From Myxococcales bacterium (GTDB lineage Bacteria; Myxococcota_A; Polyangia; Polyangiales; Houyiibacteriaceae): DNA of 64,000 bases. Position 1 is the stretch's first letter; each line of letters starts with the position of its first letter. Below are positions 62,640 through 64,000 of the stretch, in pieces. The stretch lies in the NCBI GenBank assembly GCA_029862185.1, contig JAOTXX010000001.1, positions 21,486 through 85,485 of the forward strand. Reading direction: 5' to 3'. The position numbers and the translations under genes were made by a program. The notes beneath the pieces were generated by a model, which ran no database searches, was not told where the DNA came from, and saw only the letters and a list, made by a program, of their open reading frames with translations.

Positions 62640-63383
62640 ATGATTCGCGCATGGGCTGTCTGTTCCGCCGCGATGCTGGCCTTCGGTTGTCAGAGCGGAG
62701 AGGAGCCGGTTCGCGGCGCGCGCCAGACCGTCGTTCAACAGCCGATTTCTCGGAGGCCGCCGGACCCTCCGAAAGGGCCGCGCGAGTGGCCCTCGCCAGC
62801 CGAGCCTGGACCGATGTTCGTCCGGCCGGCGACGAGAGAAACGGTGGACCGCGACCTGGGAGCCGAGCTCAAGGCAGCGGTGGGTCTGCCCACGGATTGC
62901 GTCCGGGATTTCACGTCGAGCAGCGCTACGACGATTCGCATCAGCGTCAGCGCGATCGTCCGCCCCACGGGAATGTGCATCGAGCCTAGCGCATACGGAT
63001 CCGGCTTGTCCCGGGCGGCGCTCAAATGCGTCGAGCGGCGCGTCGGCACCGTGGTATTGAGACCGCTCGAAGATACGACCCAGTCGAAGACCGCCTCCAC
63101 AGTCATCGAAATCAACTATAAGCCCCCGGTCATCGTCGAGGCCGATCCAGGCACGCCGGAGCCGGAGCTCAAGAACGTCGTGAAATCCATGGCCAAGCGA
63201 CCAGCGATTCCGCTGATCGGCCAAGGTGGTCCCGGCGTACCGATTGAGGATCCATTTCGAGGTTGGCTCCAAGGCGGTGACGTCAAGCATCCCGACGGCC
63301 CGAAAACGAAGAAAGTCAGCGGCCCGAAGCCACGCCCCATCGATGGATACGAAGTCGATGAAAACGCTCAGGAGTGGCGCTGA
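62640..63383 (+). CDS. Hypothetical lipoprotein
   Basis: The lipobox is MLAFGC. A Pro-rich linker is followed by a Cys-containing domain (DCVRD...GMCIEPS...LKCVERRV) and a Pro/Lys-rich tail. No family is confidently recognised. Confidence 0.5.
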   Translation: MIRAWAVCSAAMLAFGCQSGEEPVRGARQTVVQQPISRRPPDPPKGPREWPSPAEPGPMFVRPATRETVDRDLGAELKAAVGLPTDCVRDFTSSSATTIRISVSAIVRPTGMCIEPSAYGSGLSRAALKCVERRVGTVVLRPLEDTTQSKTASTVIEINYKPPVIVEADPGTPEPELKNVVKSMAKRPAIPLIGQGGPGVPIEDPFRGWLQGGDVKHPDGPKTKKVSGPKPRPIDGYEVDENAQEWR

Positions 63384-63389
63384 CGCCGC

Positions 63390-63992
63390 CTAGCCCGGGC
63401 GCTCGCGCTTCGCGAACCACTGCCGGTAGCTCTGCATCCGCGACTGCTGCCGCTGCGACGCGCGTCGCCTGCAGGTCGACCGTTCGTCGGAGCCCTCTGG
63501 CGCCCCCCAGCGAATCTCCACGCAATCGTTCGGATTGTAGGCGAGCTCCATCGCCTTGTTGCGAGCGACTAGATCCGCGAGTGTGAGCTGCCAGCCAGTC
63601 CCGTCCGAGCGGCGATACTCGAACGACCGTTTCTCGAGCTCGGTCTGCAGCGCGGCGCGAACCTGCTCCGTCGCGGTATCACGATCAACGTCGAGAATTC
63701 CGAAGCGATCCGGATGGGCTGCCACGCTGTCAGGAAATGACACCACTGCGTCGATGCTGATCAGCAAACGCATGTCGCGTGACGGCGTGGAGTAATCCTC
63801 CCAGGGGCCGGTGGTCAAAAAGAGAGCAGCGCCGTGTGGCATGTCGATCGGCGCATAGCCTTCGGCCTTCATGAAGTCCTCGCCGTTTTGGACGGAGCTC
63901 AGGCGTCGCTGAACCGATTCTTCGAGGGCGTCGACCAGGCTGGTCTGCATGCGGACCGGGTCGAGGGCGCGCGGGTTGATCATGCCCTCCAT
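63390..63992 (-). CDS. Hypothetical protein (may extend 5' beyond the window)
   Basis: 200-aa ORF with plausible codon usage. The reading frame stays open upstream to the window edge. I recognise no family. Confidence 0.35.
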   Translation of the reverse strand: MEGMINPRALDPVRMQTSLVDALEESVQRRLSSVQNGEDFMKAEGYAPIDMPHGAALFLTTGPWEDYSTPSRDMRLLISIDAVVSFPDSVAAHPDRFGILDVDRDTATEQVRAALQTELEKRSFEYRRSDGTGWQLTLADLVARNKAMELAYNPNDCVEIRWGAPEGSDERSTCRRRASQRQQSRMQSYRQWFAKRERPG

Positions 63993-64000
63993 CGAAGCGT

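Overview
High-GC bacterial chromosomal segment made almost entirely of core housekeeping genes. The gene content (MglA-type GTPase paralog, many TPR and lipoprotein genes, type-B SdhCAB) suggests Myxococcota or a related deltaproteobacterium; this is inference and was not checked. I found no rRNA, tRNA, CRISPR array, transposase, integrase or phage genes. The centre of the window is a complete dcw cell-wall and division cluster (27.4-44.1 kb): mraZ-rsmH-ftsL-ftsI-murE-murF-mraY-murD-ftsW-murG-murC-ftsQ-ftsA-ftsZ. It is preceded by a promoter with MraZ-type GTGGG boxes and followed by a clean intrinsic terminator. Other blocks are:
- glpK 3' end, a UPF0158 gene and smc
- a decayed gene remnant
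- an APC permease
- a minus-strand array thiS-thiG-thiE, S26 peptidase homolog, purQ-purL
- two solitary DNA methyltransferases
- alr and mlaEF
- an aminotransferase divergent from a FolB-cupin fusion plus an SDR
- pyrR-pyrB-DUF1343
- an operon of membrane protein, MglA-like GTPase, PocR-like histidine kinase and thiL
- a lipase-like hydrolase, an HD-domain protein, hisC, a SirB1-like protein and DedA
- sdhCAB, a KamA-family radical SAM gene and GTP-type PEPCK
- a TPR protein with an M50 protease, a HAD hydrolase and a DUF547 protein
- a terminal three-gene envelope cluster

I see no convincing defence island or mobile element. Two candidates for undescribed biology stand out: the translationally coupled MglA-like GTPase and PocR histidine kinase module divergent from mraZ, and the envelope cluster at 60.4-63.4 kb (a CX4CH cytochrome-c-like lipoprotein, a duplicated-domain protein with a predicted beta-barrel, and a lipoprotein). 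A signal peptidase I homolog lacking both residues of the Ser/Lys catalytic dyad and a FolB-cupin fusion are also notable. Many long ORFs in the six-frame track are antisense or alternate-frame artefacts of high GC and were not called. All family assignments come from reading motifs by eye, with no database search.
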